The notes beneath the pieces were generated by a model. The model did not search any database, was not told where the DNA came from, and worked only from the letters and a program-made list of their open reading frames with translations. A program made the translations under genes and the position numbers. Shown one piece after another: positions 1 through 9,980 of a stretch of 64,000 bases of DNA (its first letter is position 1; the number at the start of each line of letters is the position of its first letter). This DNA is from a virus (lineage: Duplodnaviria; Caudoviricetes): IMG/VR virus record IMGVR_UViG_3300014203_000012, positions 64,001 to 128,000 of that record. One strand, written 5' to 3'.

Positions 1-57
1 TTTTTTAAAGTAGATGAGAAGAATCATATATTAAACGTAGGTAAGATATATCGCAAT

Positions 58-273
58 GTGCGCATAACTGCACAAATTTATAGCCAATCTAAAGAAGAGC
101 ATAGCGCATCTTTCTTTATTGGTAGTAATGGGATTGGAACTATCGATGGGTCTGGTGCGCTAGATAACTTTGTAGAAGGTATTGTTAAACCTGCAATAAT
201 AGAAATACTAAAAAATGCGAAAGAAAATATAGATTCTATAGATGAAGATATTACTAAATTAAGAAAGGGTTGA
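58..273 (+). CDS. hypothetical protein
   Basis: 71 aa ORF with GTG start, early-promoter-like ATATATTA upstream, co-oriented with next ORF. Confidence 0.5.
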   Translation: MRITAQIYSQSKEEHSASFFIGSNGIGTIDGSGALDNFVEGIVKPAIIEILKNAKENIDSIDEDITKLRKG

Positions 274-277
274 AAGA

Positions 278-544
278 ATGAAAATATTATTTGAGTATAG
301 AGATGGTGTTCATATTTGGAACCATCAATTTTGTAGTATGAGAGTAACGATTATTATAGCACCAAGATTATCTGGGGGGTGCGATATAACAGTTTATATA
401 GACGATGTACAATCTGCGTATTATCTATATAAAACTAAGACAATGAATGAACTAGTTGAACATATCAAAATACTGATTAATGATATACCAGGAATGAAAC
501 ATATAATCCCAGAGAACTCATTTTATAACATTTTATTCGAATAA
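278..544 (+). CDS. hypothetical protein
   Basis: 88 aa ORF ending at convergent palindrome. Confidence 0.65.
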   Translation: MKILFEYRDGVHIWNHQFCSMRVTIIIAPRLSGGCDITVYIDDVQSAYYLYKTKTMNELVEHIKILINDIPGMKHIIPENSFYNILFE

Positions 545-580
545 ATAAAGAGAGTATGCAATTGCATACTCTCTTTATTT
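543..580. terminator. bidirectional terminator, perfect 38-bp palindrome
   Basis: aaataaagagagtatgcaa/ttgcatactctctttattt between convergent genes. Confidence 0.85.
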
Positions 581-1426
581 TTATTTTTTATAACAAAAAT
601 CCATAATCTCATTTTGAATATGCCGTTCAACCGATACTACGATTCTGTCATAGTTCTTATCAATCAATGTAACTTCTTTACCACTTTCTGATACAGTAAT
701 ACTTTCATAGAAAGTATCAAAGTTATTGATGATGGTATTAAGATTAGCAGATTCGGATAAGATATAATCTCTGACAGATGCATTTGTAACAGGAGTTATA
801 ATTTGGAACCCCTCTTCAACCAGTTGAATATTCCCATTCTCTGTAACTTTTTCAGGAACATAGATATATTTCTTACCTTGTCGTGTTGTTCCTTCACTAA
901 TAATCTTAGTTGTATAAGCCTTCGGATGAGAAGGATAATAAACCCTATCATAAGTAATAATTTTAAGATTGCGTACATATGCTTTACCTGCACTTTGTAT
1001 AATAGTACCTAATGCTCTAAGAGAGAAAGAAGGTTTCTGCCCATCTATCAAATCATCATTGAATGATTTACCTAATTCATTATTAGTACCACGGAAATTT
1101 GCTTTTACTAAATTACCTTCCATCCATAGTTTAGTATACCAAACTTGTTCAGTTGTAGGATCGATTTTTTGTTGTCGTGCTAAATCATTAGCAGACGGAT
1201 GACCAGCTTCGCCTTTGAAATTACCGCTCGAAACAAGTTCCTGTTGTTTAGAACTAGTAATTTCTTTATATAGATCATCATGTCCATAACATCGTCTATT
1301 ACGATTCTCTTCTTCAGCTTCCTGAATAATGCCTTCTGCAATGACGAAATTTCTATTTTGATTTACTATATTAAATTCTACATCTTTAGCAGACGATTCG
1401 CATATAATATACGCTAATGCATTCAT
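581..1426 (-). CDS. prohead core protease (T4 gp21 / phiKZ gp175-like)
   Basis: Motifs NRNRRCY, GEAGHP (catalytic His), FSLRALG (catalytic Ser), TYDRVYYPS; RBS AAGGAGG. Confidence 0.9.
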   Translation of the reverse strand: MNALAYIICESSAKDVEFNIVNQNRNFVIAEGIIQEAEEENRNRRCYGHDDLYKEITSSKQQELVSSGNFKGEAGHPSANDLARQQKIDPTTEQVWYTKLWMEGNLVKANFRGTNNELGKSFNDDLIDGQKPSFSLRALGTIIQSAGKAYVRNLKIITYDRVYYPSHPKAYTTKIISEGTTRQGKKYIYVPEKVTENGNIQLVEEGFQIITPVTNASVRDYILSESANLNTIINNFDTFYESITVSESGKEVTLIDKNYDRIVVSVERHIQNEIMDFCYKK

Positions 1427-1445
1427 TCGATTACCTCCTTTACGT

Positions 1446-1457
1446 TATATTTATGTT
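1446..1457 (-). promoter_or_regulatory. late promoter AACA-N6-TA
   Basis: AACA TAAATA TA upstream of protease; AR9 nvRNAP-type consensus. Confidence 0.75.
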
Positions 1458-1510
1458 TAAAGCATGTATTGCTAGTAGAACCCAATTAAGTAATAGTTTA
1501 CATTATCAAT

Positions 1511-1521
1511 TATATATTATA
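1511..1521 (+). promoter_or_regulatory. early promoter TATATATTATA
   Basis: Recurrent motif upstream of non-structural genes. Confidence 0.7.
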
Positions 1522-1552
1522 TAGGTGAGTAATAATAAAATTATATGAAAGG

Positions 1553-1840
1553 TTGTTGATTAGTATGTATAGTGTTACATTTATAGTAGAAAGAGGAGGT
1601 AAAGCTGGAGAGTTTAATATGGAAGTAGATATAGGAGTGTTTCCAAGTAATGTAAATGAAAATATAGAAGAGAAAAATTTGATTTCTGATAATCCAAATA
1701 CAACTATTACCAAATATCATATTACTTCAGATATGAAATTCTCTGTTGTAATTGCAAAGCATTTTAATGATTTTAATAAAATATTTAAAACAACCGCACG
1801 AGTAATACATGCCACTGAAGGTAAAAATGATAAATTATAA
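1553..1840 (+). CDS. hypothetical early protein (start uncertain)
   Basis: ORF after early promoter; several alternative RBS/ATG pairs. Confidence 0.6.
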   Translation: MLISMYSVTFIVERGGKAGEFNMEVDIGVFPSNVNENIEEKNLISDNPNTTITKYHITSDMKFSVVIAKHFNDFNKIFKTTARVIHATEGKNDKL

Positions 1841-1922
1841 TAGCCGCTATTTTATAAAAGAACGGAGGCTATTAAAATGGATAACGAAACTGTAGGAAAA
1901 GAAAACTAATAAAAAATAATAG

Positions 1923-1956
1923 ATATACCCGTGAATGAATTCATTCACGGGTATAT
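1923..1956. terminator. bidirectional terminator palindrome
   Basis: atatacccgtgaatgaattcattcacgggtatat between convergent genes. Confidence 0.85.
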
Positions 1957-1984
1957 TTTATTAATACATATGATTTATTTTTTA

Positions 1985-2467
1985 TTAATTTCTTTTGTAT
2001 TTGTTGTATACAGGAGCTTTGACTTCGGCTTCAACAGTATCGATTGCAGCATCAACTTTAACTTCTTCATCGGCAATTTTATCAGCTTCTACTGTTTCTG
2101 TTGGAGGTAATACTTCTTGTACTGGCTCGGGAACTATCGCTTTTACTGCCGGAGTGGTATCTACTGGCTCGGTGGCAGCTTCAATAATCAGTTTACCGCC
2201 TACTTCTTTAACGTTCATAATTTTAGCAGGTTCAATTTCTGCGACTATTTCTTGAATGCTATTGTTTTTATCATAGTTTGCAAAATCAAGAGGAACTGTT
2301 TTATTGAATCCGATAACCTCTTCGACCTTTGCGTTACCACGAATACAAACAAGAATCTCATCTAGTGTAAGGCTAATACCATTTGCCACTCCTGCAATTG
2401 GGTATTTAAGATTGGTAATTGGAGTGTGCGCTCTTACGTTTACTTTCTTTTTAATTACATTAACCAT
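1985..2467 (-). CDS. hypothetical late protein with Pro/Ala/Glu-rich C-terminus
   Basis: 160 aa, RBS AGGAGG. Confidence 0.8.
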   Translation of the reverse strand: MVNVIKKKVNVRAHTPITNLKYPIAGVANGISLTLDEILVCIRGNAKVEEVIGFNKTVPLDFANYDKNNSIQEIVAEIEPAKIMNVKEVGGKLIIEAATEPVDTTPAVKAIVPEPVQEVLPPTETVEADKIADEEVKVDAAIDTVEAEVKAPVYNKYKRN

Positions 2468-2482
2468 TTTAAAAATTCCTCC

Positions 2483-2668
2483 TTAAATATTCGAATCTAC
2501 TAGATCCATTGGGTCTTCTTCACCCATTACAATATCAATAGCATCGCTATCAGAAATGCTATCGTTTAGTAAATCTTCTTCTGCATCGACTTCATCGTCA
2601 ATGTCTCCATCAATTACTGACATAACAAGATCATCATCAAGAAATTCTTCATCAATAAGGCTCATCAT
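2483..2668 (-). CDS. small, very acidic protein (possible head peptide)
   Basis: 61 aa D/E-rich, RBS GGAGG. Confidence 0.7.
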   Translation of the reverse strand: MMSLIDEEFLDDDLVMSVIDGDIDDEVDAEEDLLNDSISDSDAIDIVMGEEDPMDLVDSNI

Positions 2669-2838
2669 TATACCTCCATGTATTTTTCTTCAGGTGGAAA
2701 AATGTCTGACAATTCTTCTTTAATAGACATACTTTCCATCATACTATCAAGAAGATCATCATCATCCATAAGCATTAGGTCATCCTCATCTTCTTTAACC
2801 ATTTCATTGAGTAAAAGTGTATCGAAAGGTTTAGACAA
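2668..2838 (-). CDS. small acidic protein (likely TTG start at 2838)
   Basis: RBS AAAGGAG before TTG; late promoter at 2865-2876. Confidence 0.65.
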   Translation of the reverse strand: MSKPFDTLLLNEMVKEDEDDLMLMDDDDLLDSMMESMSIKEELSDIFPPEEKYMEV

Positions 2839-2864
2839 AGTAATCGCTCCTTTCATAGCAATCT

Positions 2865-2876
2865 TATTTATATGTT
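2865..2876 (-). promoter_or_regulatory. late promoter AACA-N6-TA
   Basis: AACA TATAAA TA. Confidence 0.7.
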
Positions 2877-4092
2877 AAGCTAAGGTCATTTTATCCGTTT
2901 TTAACAAGTTAATTGCATATTTTTCTAGTATGAATATAATCATTGGAATCGTATAGAATATCTCAACGCCAGGACTGTATTCTATTCTCTCTAACGCATC
3001 TATCATATCTTGAGTTATATCATTACCACTAAAATAACTACTAATAATATTGTAATATTCTTTAGGATCTCCAGCTTCAAAAATTTTACCAACAGTAATA
3101 GCCTCTACAAGATCACTATCAAACAAATCTATAGGATCGGCTAGTACCCCAAGTTTAACTTTATAATCTATCAGATAGTAGTCTTCCATTCTAGTAGTAA
3201 GTAGAGATGTTGGATCGTCGATAAGAATCCCATAAGCTCGTTGAAAATTGATTTTATTATTTTTTTGCTCTAAATATTTAAATACAGTTTTATCGTACTC
3301 AATACAAAATGTCTGCGATAGGTATACTTGTTGGGTAATGTAACTATATTTAGATGAGCCACTATCAAGTATACCATTGCGAATTATAAACTCAATCATA
3401 TAAGGATCATAGAAAAAACAATCCCCATATGCAACTACATATGTTTGTATTCTTTTCTTAAAGAATAGTCCAGTGAAGTATTCTCTAAGAGTAGATGATA
3501 TGTTTTGTATGCTCTCTATAAAAGTATACTCATTGCTAGTAATTACAGATTTATATTTACCGCCTATATTCCCAGCGACCATATCAAACTGACCTACAAC
3601 CTGGGCATCTATCGCTAGATCAAAGTTATCTAATCTATATGTGAGCTTATAGAAATTATTGCCATTTTCCAGGGTATCAAGATTAATTCCAATTACTCTA
3701 AAAAAAATATTCTTTCCTAGATGATTAATTGAGAAATATCCTTCTTGATATGGAACGAATGTATTAGGAGGAAGCATAACTTCTCCCTCTATTGGGCTAG
3801 ATTCTGTGCCCCACTCACTCATATCGATATCTAATGCAATTTTTTCGAATCCATATAAGAATACATTATTTATTTTGTTGAATCTTAATCCGCTTTGAGG
3901 TCCGATCGATTCGTATATTTGTTTTGTTCCCTCATCTAATATAGACGCGTCTATATTAGGGTTGTAATATGTTACAATCGTTGGAGGCTTATCTATAAAA
4001 GTATAAAACGGATTATCTAATCTTGATCTTACACCCTCTAGTAAACTATCAATAGTAACTTTCATATCAGTATTTAAAAATTTTCCACCCAA
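2875..4092 (-). CDS. putative virion structural (neck/head-completion-like) protein; likely TTG start at 4092
   Basis: RBS AAAGGAGGT before TTG; late promoter AACA TTCGAT TA at 4113-4124. Confidence 0.6.
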   Translation of the reverse strand: MGGKFLNTDMKVTIDSLLEGVRSRLDNPFYTFIDKPPTIVTYYNPNIDASILDEGTKQIYESIGPQSGLRFNKINNVFLYGFEKIALDIDMSEWGTESSPIEGEVMLPPNTFVPYQEGYFSINHLGKNIFFRVIGINLDTLENGNNFYKLTYRLDNFDLAIDAQVVGQFDMVAGNIGGKYKSVITSNEYTFIESIQNISSTLREYFTGLFFKKRIQTYVVAYGDCFFYDPYMIEFIIRNGILDSGSSKYSYITQQVYLSQTFCIEYDKTVFKYLEQKNNKINFQRAYGILIDDPTSLLTTRMEDYYLIDYKVKLGVLADPIDLFDSDLVEAITVGKIFEAGDPKEYYNIISSYFSGNDITQDMIDALERIEYSPGVEIFYTIPMIIFILEKYAINLLKTDKMTLA

Positions 4093-4136
4093 TTGTATTA
4101 CCTCCTTTCTTTTAATCGAATGTTTAACAAAAAATA

Positions 4137-4162
4137 AAGCACATTGGTTTCCCAATGTGCTT
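4137..4162 (-). terminator. hairpin after primase (GAAA loop on minus strand)
   Basis: gcacattgg-GAAA-ccaatgtgc. Confidence 0.7.
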
Positions 4163-5207
4163 ATATGCGTATAATCTGATCTTTTATTTTTTCTGATTTA
4201 ACCCCAAAATCCTTTTCCCCTGGGAATATATTGCGGTGCATATAGATTTGTATCCCTATAGGAGAAAGCAAATTTGAGATAGCTTTTATTTCCGAATCTG
4301 ATACGTCATTGTCGACGTATAAATGAAACACGCAATTCATTATTCCAAACCCAGATAGAAATAGTTTTATGACGTTTAGATAAGATTTACCTCCAATGGA
4401 AGTATAAATGTTCTGTTGTCTATTTCCATTGTTTAGATTATAGAATATTGATAGTATATCGAATGGGCCTTCAGCTATATGGATCTTAATAGGTTCAGGT
4501 GATACTATATTGCATCTTGTTGGTATATTATAATGCCGTCTAGTATTATCTTCACCTTCAAAAATACTATAGTTTGTATATCTACGGTCAATATACTTAT
4601 TAACCACTCCTGGTTTGTGGAGATTCTTAAGATTAATAAATCCATTATCCATAGATAAGAATCCTATGAAGCTATCGTCTAATTCTTTAACGATATTATC
4701 ATATCTAGTATACTTTTCTATTCTATTACCATTTAATAAATCTAATAAATTTAAAACTATTTTATTTTGTAACAAGTCAGCATATGTAAGATTAAGACCC
4801 AAGCGTCTATTTATATAAAGGAGCTTAGCCTTACTTAACTCATCATCTCTTAAATATTTATTTGAAATTTTATATGTCTTATTGGATCTGAGTCTGTTCT
4901 TGGAAGTCTTAATTGTTTTAGCATTGTATGATTTGAGCTCATGTATGAGATCTCCATCTTGGTTGCAATCTACTAGTGATCTTAGTATATCTGGTGTTAA
5001 TATGCCACATTGATTGCATTTGAAGCAATTATACATAGGCGGTTTATCATCATCATTACCAAGATAAATATATAAATGTGTATCCTTTAGATTAGTAGAA
5101 CTATCTCCACAGAATCTGCACCGAAGTGCAACCTCTTTATTCCCAGACGCATTATGAGCATCTGGGAACTTACCTAATAAAAATGCTCTTAATTTGTCTT
5201 GGAACAT
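4161..5207 (-). CDS. DNA primase (Zn finger + TOPRIM)
   Basis: CRFC...CFKC zinc-binding domain; TOPRIM AEGPFD and VDND. Confidence 0.85.
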   Translation of the reverse strand: MFQDKLRAFLLGKFPDAHNASGNKEVALRCRFCGDSSTNLKDTHLYIYLGNDDDKPPMYNCFKCNQCGILTPDILRSLVDCNQDGDLIHELKSYNAKTIKTSKNRLRSNKTYKISNKYLRDDELSKAKLLYINRRLGLNLTYADLLQNKIVLNLLDLLNGNRIEKYTRYDNIVKELDDSFIGFLSMDNGFINLKNLHKPGVVNKYIDRRYTNYSIFEGEDNTRRHYNIPTRCNIVSPEPIKIHIAEGPFDILSIFYNLNNGNRQQNIYTSIGGKSYLNVIKLFLSGFGIMNCVFHLYVDNDVSDSEIKAISNLLSPIGIQIYMHRNIFPGEKDFGVKSEKIKDQIIRI

Positions 5208-5217
5208 AGAATCTAAC

Positions 5218-5409
5218 CTACTTTCTTAAAAGTTTACTGCATATCATATATACACATGTGATTGATACGCATATCAAAAAATCTGCATTACTTAATTTAG
5301 ACGTACCCCCAGTTACAATATTGATGATAGATGCCACTGCCAAACACACCGTTAATATAGAAAGTAATCTCTTTACACCTTTATACATTTGGCTTCTCTC
5401 CTTTAGCAC
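5218..5409 (-). CDS. small two-TM membrane protein
   Basis: Two hydrophobic segments; RBS AAGGAG suggests start at MYKG. Confidence 0.6.
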   Translation of the reverse strand: MLKERSQMYKGVKRLLSILTVCLAVASIINIVTGGTSKLSNADFLICVSITCVYMICSKLLRK

Positions 5410-5509
5410 TATTATGTGCAGAATGTAGTAATATGTGATTTATCAAATATATACTTACCACTATTAATATATATTCAATCCACATTTTCATCCCCCCTCC
5501 AAAAAATAT

Positions 5510-5533
5510 AGGAGTATGCTAATGCATACTCCT
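5510..5533 (-). terminator. terminator hairpin
   Basis: aggagtatgc-taat-gcatactcct. Confidence 0.75.
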
Positions 5534-5543
5534 GTGTATTGGT

Positions 5544-7121
5544 TTAAATTAGTAACGTAAGTACTAGCATTTCTTCACATATTATTTCTGGCGTATGTGA
5601 ATAATCGACAGTAATGCCATTTAGATCTTCGTTGTAATAATCGATATTCTTAAACTCAGATGCTAAAATCTGAGCGATGTTTTTGAGTAGAATCTGGTCT
5701 TGAATCTTTTCGTTACGATACTTATCAACAACTTTAGGGAAATTATCAGAGATCATCATTCGCTGTAAGATTTTCTTATTTACCGTCTTCCTTGTAACAA
5801 AACGACTAATTCTGCCACCAAGAATAAATGGAAGCATAGTTTGTCCTTCACGTATTAGTTTCCGTTTAGCTGCTATCATAAGCACTAGATAGTCTCTATT
5901 GTTTATGAGTTTTACAGCTTGAGTATCACAGAAATTTCTTAAGAATAAATATGATATAAGATTGCACTGGAATTCATTCTTTAGTGGTTTCCCATCAATG
6001 GTAAGTTCTTTCCTATAGAACTCAATCTCATCTTCTGAAAACGGACCAAACTCTTGAATGATATTCCGCATTGTGGTTTCACAGTTTACATTAGTCTGAA
6101 TAAGCATAGCCTCATCTTGTTTAGCCATATGCGCTTCAAACTTATCGCTTTCACTATTGTTATCATCATCCCTGCTAGATGATGATACAGTTATCAATGC
6201 AAATTCATATGGAATATCAGTAATTTTATACTTAATATCTCGCATGATTGCATCATAATTAAAATGAATAATATTCTTGGAATATGTATATTTTGGAATT
6301 ATCTGCATGATAAGATCTTCTAAGGTATACATAGAATGTACGGTCGCGTTTCTTCCCCGTATATCTTGCATATCAAAAAGTATCATATTGTTATTGCGGC
6401 TTTTGTTTACATTTGTTGTTGTTGTTTCAAAGAGTTTAGATATCATATCTATACCATGTTTGTGTACAATCATAACAAAGATACGATCAAATGCCCTAAG
6501 TAGGATTCTTTTGATTTCAGGGGCGGGTACTTTTCTAGTATAAATATAATGTGATACCAAAGGTATAATTATATTTTGTAGCATTGATATTTCCATCAGT
6601 ATAGTTGCATGGAAATCTGTATACTCTAAACATGGATTTTTGTTATTTCGATAGGTTAAATGAATATTGTAGTTGTCCCTATTCATGCATCCTATTTTAT
6701 AATGCAATTCTGGAGACATTGTATTATCAATGATACATCTAACAATATCATTAATAAAATGATCTTCGGTATAGTTTTCTTGATAATCGATAAGATACTT
6801 TAGTTTAGCATATATAAAGAATAATATATGCTCTCTATCATAGAATTTTTCAAAGTAATTTAGATAGGTAGTATTGTGTTCTCTGAAACCAATTACTAGC
6901 TTCTCTTCCTTCATTTTAGTATCACTGTTGTAACACCGTTTAGATGACATCATAAAATAATTGATATCACTATTTTCTGGCATTCCATAGATTGGCGCTA
7001 TGTTTGCAATGATAGCTCCACGCGCATGAGCGAATATGCAATCTTCTGGTTGCATAACCCATTCATCAACTGGTACGAATTTAGGTATGATACTTCTTTC
7101 TACTATAGTTTTCAAGTACAT
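5544..7121 (-). CDS. probable sigma-like promoter-specificity subunit of non-virion RNAP (AR9 gp226 / phiKZ gp68-like)
   Basis: 525 aa helical protein under early promoter; lies just downstream of the chaperonin, as AR9 gp226 lies near gp228; assignment by synteny and size only. Confidence 0.55.
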   Translation of the reverse strand: MYLKTIVERSIIPKFVPVDEWVMQPEDCIFAHARGAIIANIAPIYGMPENSDINYFMMSSKRCYNSDTKMKEEKLVIGFREHNTTYLNYFEKFYDREHILFFIYAKLKYLIDYQENYTEDHFINDIVRCIIDNTMSPELHYKIGCMNRDNYNIHLTYRNNKNPCLEYTDFHATILMEISMLQNIIIPLVSHYIYTRKVPAPEIKRILLRAFDRIFVMIVHKHGIDMISKLFETTTTNVNKSRNNNMILFDMQDIRGRNATVHSMYTLEDLIMQIIPKYTYSKNIIHFNYDAIMRDIKYKITDIPYEFALITVSSSSRDDDNNSESDKFEAHMAKQDEAMLIQTNVNCETTMRNIIQEFGPFSEDEIEFYRKELTIDGKPLKNEFQCNLISYLFLRNFCDTQAVKLINNRDYLVLMIAAKRKLIREGQTMLPFILGGRISRFVTRKTVNKKILQRMMISDNFPKVVDKYRNEKIQDQILLKNIAQILASEFKNIDYYNEDLNGITVDYSHTPEIICEEMLVLTLLI

Positions 7122-7173
7122 TTCCCCCTAATCTCCATCAAAAATTATTATATTATATATTTCACCTCATAGA

Positions 7174-7184
7174 TATAATATATA
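7174..7184 (-). promoter_or_regulatory. early promoter TATATATTATA
   Basis: Motif upstream of 7121. Confidence 0.7.
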
Positions 7185-7186
7185 AT

Positions 7187-7975
7187 CTACTTTCTTTTTG
7201 TCGTTTTAGTATGAGCAACAGTTTTATTAGTAGTTGTTTTCTTTACCATACTATGTGTGTTGACAACAGTAGTTTTTGATATGCCCTTAGTACTCCGGTT
7301 CCCACCAATTGATGGAATATTAGGTTTATAACCAGTAGGATTTTTTTTCTTCTTTTCTTCTTTAGCTTTCTGTTCTCCCTGTAATTGTCGAGCTTCTACC
7401 TTTTTATCTGCATCTTCAACGAAAGCCAATAGGTCTTTCTTTACATATGGGACACTTTCTGCTAACCATACAACCTTTTTGTCTAAACCTTTTAGTTGTA
7501 TAAATATGTATGCGAAATAGATCGTTTTTACATAACCTATAACGTTTTTAGGATTTCTAATATCCGCCTTTTCAGTTAATGCCCTTTTACTCATCTTAGG
7601 CATTAAGTCTTCTATAAATAATTTATTCTTGGCAAATGAATATGCATGGGTAAATACGAAAGCTGGATCGTTAGAGAAGAATTTAACTTCGTAGTTTTTT
7701 AAAGTATTCTCAGCTTCAATCGCTATATTGCTTGCTGTGAATTCAATAACGACGTCATAGTAAAATTTGGCAATTATTTCCGAAGGAATTTTAAAGTGCA
7801 TGATATATCTTCTGTCGGTATCTTTATATAATCGATAGTTGATCTTACCTGCATCTCTCACTATCAGAGCATCAAACTTCTTTGTATAAACTTCTTTAAA
7901 TATACTTCTTTGGCTAAACACCGCATTGTTTTTACCCATAGGGTTTTTGATATATTCATCTAAAGTCATTACCAT
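7187..7975 (-). CDS. conserved hypothetical protein with basic C-terminal tail
   Basis: 262 aa ORF. Confidence 0.8.
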   Translation of the reverse strand: MVMTLDEYIKNPMGKNNAVFSQRSIFKEVYTKKFDALIVRDAGKINYRLYKDTDRRYIMHFKIPSEIIAKFYYDVVIEFTASNIAIEAENTLKNYEVKFFSNDPAFVFTHAYSFAKNKLFIEDLMPKMSKRALTEKADIRNPKNVIGYVKTIYFAYIFIQLKGLDKKVVWLAESVPYVKKDLLAFVEDADKKVEARQLQGEQKAKEEKKKKNPTGYKPNIPSIGGNRSTKGISKTTVVNTHSMVKKTTTNKTVAHTKTTKRK

Positions 7976-8121
7976 ATCCGTCGCCTCACATGGTATGGTT
8001 TAATTTTCCTCGATTTACCATTTTTTTTACCATCATCATACTTGGCAAGGGTTATACCTATAATTATAGATATAACCATAGCTATTATAAATACAATCAA
8101 AAATATAATTTTCCCACCCAT
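7969..8121 (-). CDS. small single-TM membrane protein (50 aa, not in ORF track)
   Basis: RBS AAAGGAG, MGGKIIFLIVFIIAMVISIIIGITLAK..., stop overlaps next start. Confidence 0.7.
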   Translation of the reverse strand: MGGKIIFLIVFIIAMVISIIIGITLAKYDDGKKNGKSRKIKPYHVRRRIW

Positions 8122-8154
8122 TCTCTATTCTCCTTTTTAAGTAAAATAGACAAA

Positions 8155-8188
8155 ATATTAAGGCTACGGAACTCCGTAGCCTTAATAT
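8155..8188 (-). terminator. hairpin after chaperonin
   Basis: atattaaggctacgga..tccgtagccttaatat. Confidence 0.7.
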
Positions 8189-8225
8189 AATTCTTTTATT
8201 AAAATGTAGTAGATTATATAACTTT

Positions 8226-9977
8226 TTATTCCGGTGTGATATAAACATTATATTCTGGAGCTTCACACAGGTATTGGTTTGTACTAAAAACCATACCGAT
8301 GATCGTAGCGATAGCATCTAAAATAATCTGTTCAGATTTGATGGAACTTAAAACATCACCATCAAATTTTTCAGTTCTGATATTGAATGGGCAGCCATTC
8401 AATAGGCATTGCAATGCCAAATCAATAGACACTGCTTTATTTCCATTACAATGTACCAAGTATAACTGAGAAATAAGTTCAACGTATGCTTGATTAAGAA
8501 CTGAATATATATTGAATACTTCTCCACTTTTTAATTTCTCAAGATCCTCTTCTGTATAATCTTTAGTGGCTTCTCTTTCAAGTTGATTAAATGCTCTGAA
8601 CCCTTCAAAGTTGGCACCAAAACCATAACCATCTACAGCCGAGCTTCGGCAATTTAAAACTGCATCTTCGACAAGATCTTTTACTGCATCACGATCCGTC
8701 ATAGAAATACCACCAACAAGATAATCAACCATATTAGCTTTAAGAGAATTAATACGTCTCTTTAGGACGCCAATCTTTGTGATCTCTTCTTTGGTTTGTT
8801 CATAATTTTCCAAAGTTGCATTAAGACCGTCAAGAAGAGAATTATAAATATCACTTTTAGTCCCATCTTCATTATTCATGAGTTTTGGATTGACAACTTT
8901 AGTTTTCATGTTGTCAGACTCGATAAGTTCAGCAGAACCTGCGAAATCATGAATGTTTTCAGGTGTAGCAGCTAATCCTGTAGCTACATCCATTGCTTGG
9001 ATTTTAGGATCTATGTATTTCTTGATTAGTTTTGCTCCGCTTAGTTTAGCTAAATCCATAAGTAGATCACCTTTATTGATATTAGTAACAATAGAAACAG
9101 GTGGACGGTTTTCTGGAGCTGTAGCCGATAATTGTTTAATCATTTCATCGATTGTTGCATCCATGTCATTACTTATCATAGGGCAGAAAATAACGGTAGG
9201 AACGACTGCTTCATATTGTTTTTGTTGCCGTTGCAGTGGTTCGAAAATATTGTCATACATGATTTTATCCAAGAACATACGCATTTCTGGAGTATCGATA
9301 GGATGCTCGAAGACGTATATTTTTGGATTGCGGATAGAAGATACTTTTCTTTTACCGTCATTGATAAAGGCAGGGTCTGAATACCCGCTATCGAATGTTA
9401 AACCATCATAAATCTTTAGGATATTATTAACGGAATTTGAAATACCGACATCGATAAATACATCCATGCCATGATCGGCATAAATATTTTTAATATTGGT
9501 AGATACTTCTTCATTCCCATTAGTGGAGATCATAGCAATACGATAAATATCATCAAGAGTTGTTTCTTTCTTATTGCTCTGGATAATAACGATTGCTTCA
9601 GCAATTGCCTTTTTAAGATGTTTAATCAGCTCATTATCCGAAATACCATATCGTTTACTAGCATCTACTAGCATATTAAAGACTAGAAACGAAAGAATAA
9701 TAGCAGATGTTGTTCCGTCACCAACAGTAGTAACAATTCTACGGGTAATATCTTCAAGATCGTCCCGCATTGTAAATTCGATAGGCTTGTTGAATTTAAT
9801 TGCGCTTAGAATAGTATGTCCATCCTTAGAATACCGTGTCAGTCTATCCTTATCACGAATAGCAGTGACAGAACCAGTTGGACCGTACGAGCACAATAGG
9901 GCATTTGCGATAATTGATAGTGCGTTACTTTGAGCTTCTCTTACCTTTTCTTTTGGAACGATATTTGTATAAACCAT
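8226..9977 (-). CDS. groEL: phage chaperonin (GroEL/Cpn60-like)
   Basis: SYGPTG, SKDGHTIL, VGDGTTSA ATP-binding motifs, VEDAV. Confidence 0.92.
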   Translation of the reverse strand: MVYTNIVPKEKVREAQSNALSIIANALLCSYGPTGSVTAIRDKDRLTRYSKDGHTILSAIKFNKPIEFTMRDDLEDITRRIVTTVGDGTTSAIILSFLVFNMLVDASKRYGISDNELIKHLKKAIAEAIVIIQSNKKETTLDDIYRIAMISTNGNEEVSTNIKNIYADHGMDVFIDVGISNSVNNILKIYDGLTFDSGYSDPAFINDGKRKVSSIRNPKIYVFEHPIDTPEMRMFLDKIMYDNIFEPLQRQQKQYEAVVPTVIFCPMISNDMDATIDEMIKQLSATAPENRPPVSIVTNINKGDLLMDLAKLSGAKLIKKYIDPKIQAMDVATGLAATPENIHDFAGSAELIESDNMKTKVVNPKLMNNEDGTKSDIYNSLLDGLNATLENYEQTKEEITKIGVLKRRINSLKANMVDYLVGGISMTDRDAVKDLVEDAVLNCRSSAVDGYGFGANFEGFRAFNQLEREATKDYTEEDLEKLKSGEVFNIYSVLNQAYVELISQLYLVHCNGNKAVSIDLALQCLLNGCPFNIRTEKFDGDVLSSIKSEQIILDAIATIIGMVFSTNQYLCEAPEYNVYITPE

Positions 9978-9980
9978 TTT

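Noticed and set aside
8036-8317. 93-aa and 66-aa ORFs spanning the palindrome
   Set aside because: They run through the hairpin and lack an RBS; the 7969-8121 ORF with AAAGGAG explains the region better.
8953-9933. Antisense ORFs over chaperonin and other long genes (also 31733-32368, 44305-44838, 55504-55884)
   Set aside because: Shadow ORFs opposite well-supported genes, with no RBS or promoter.
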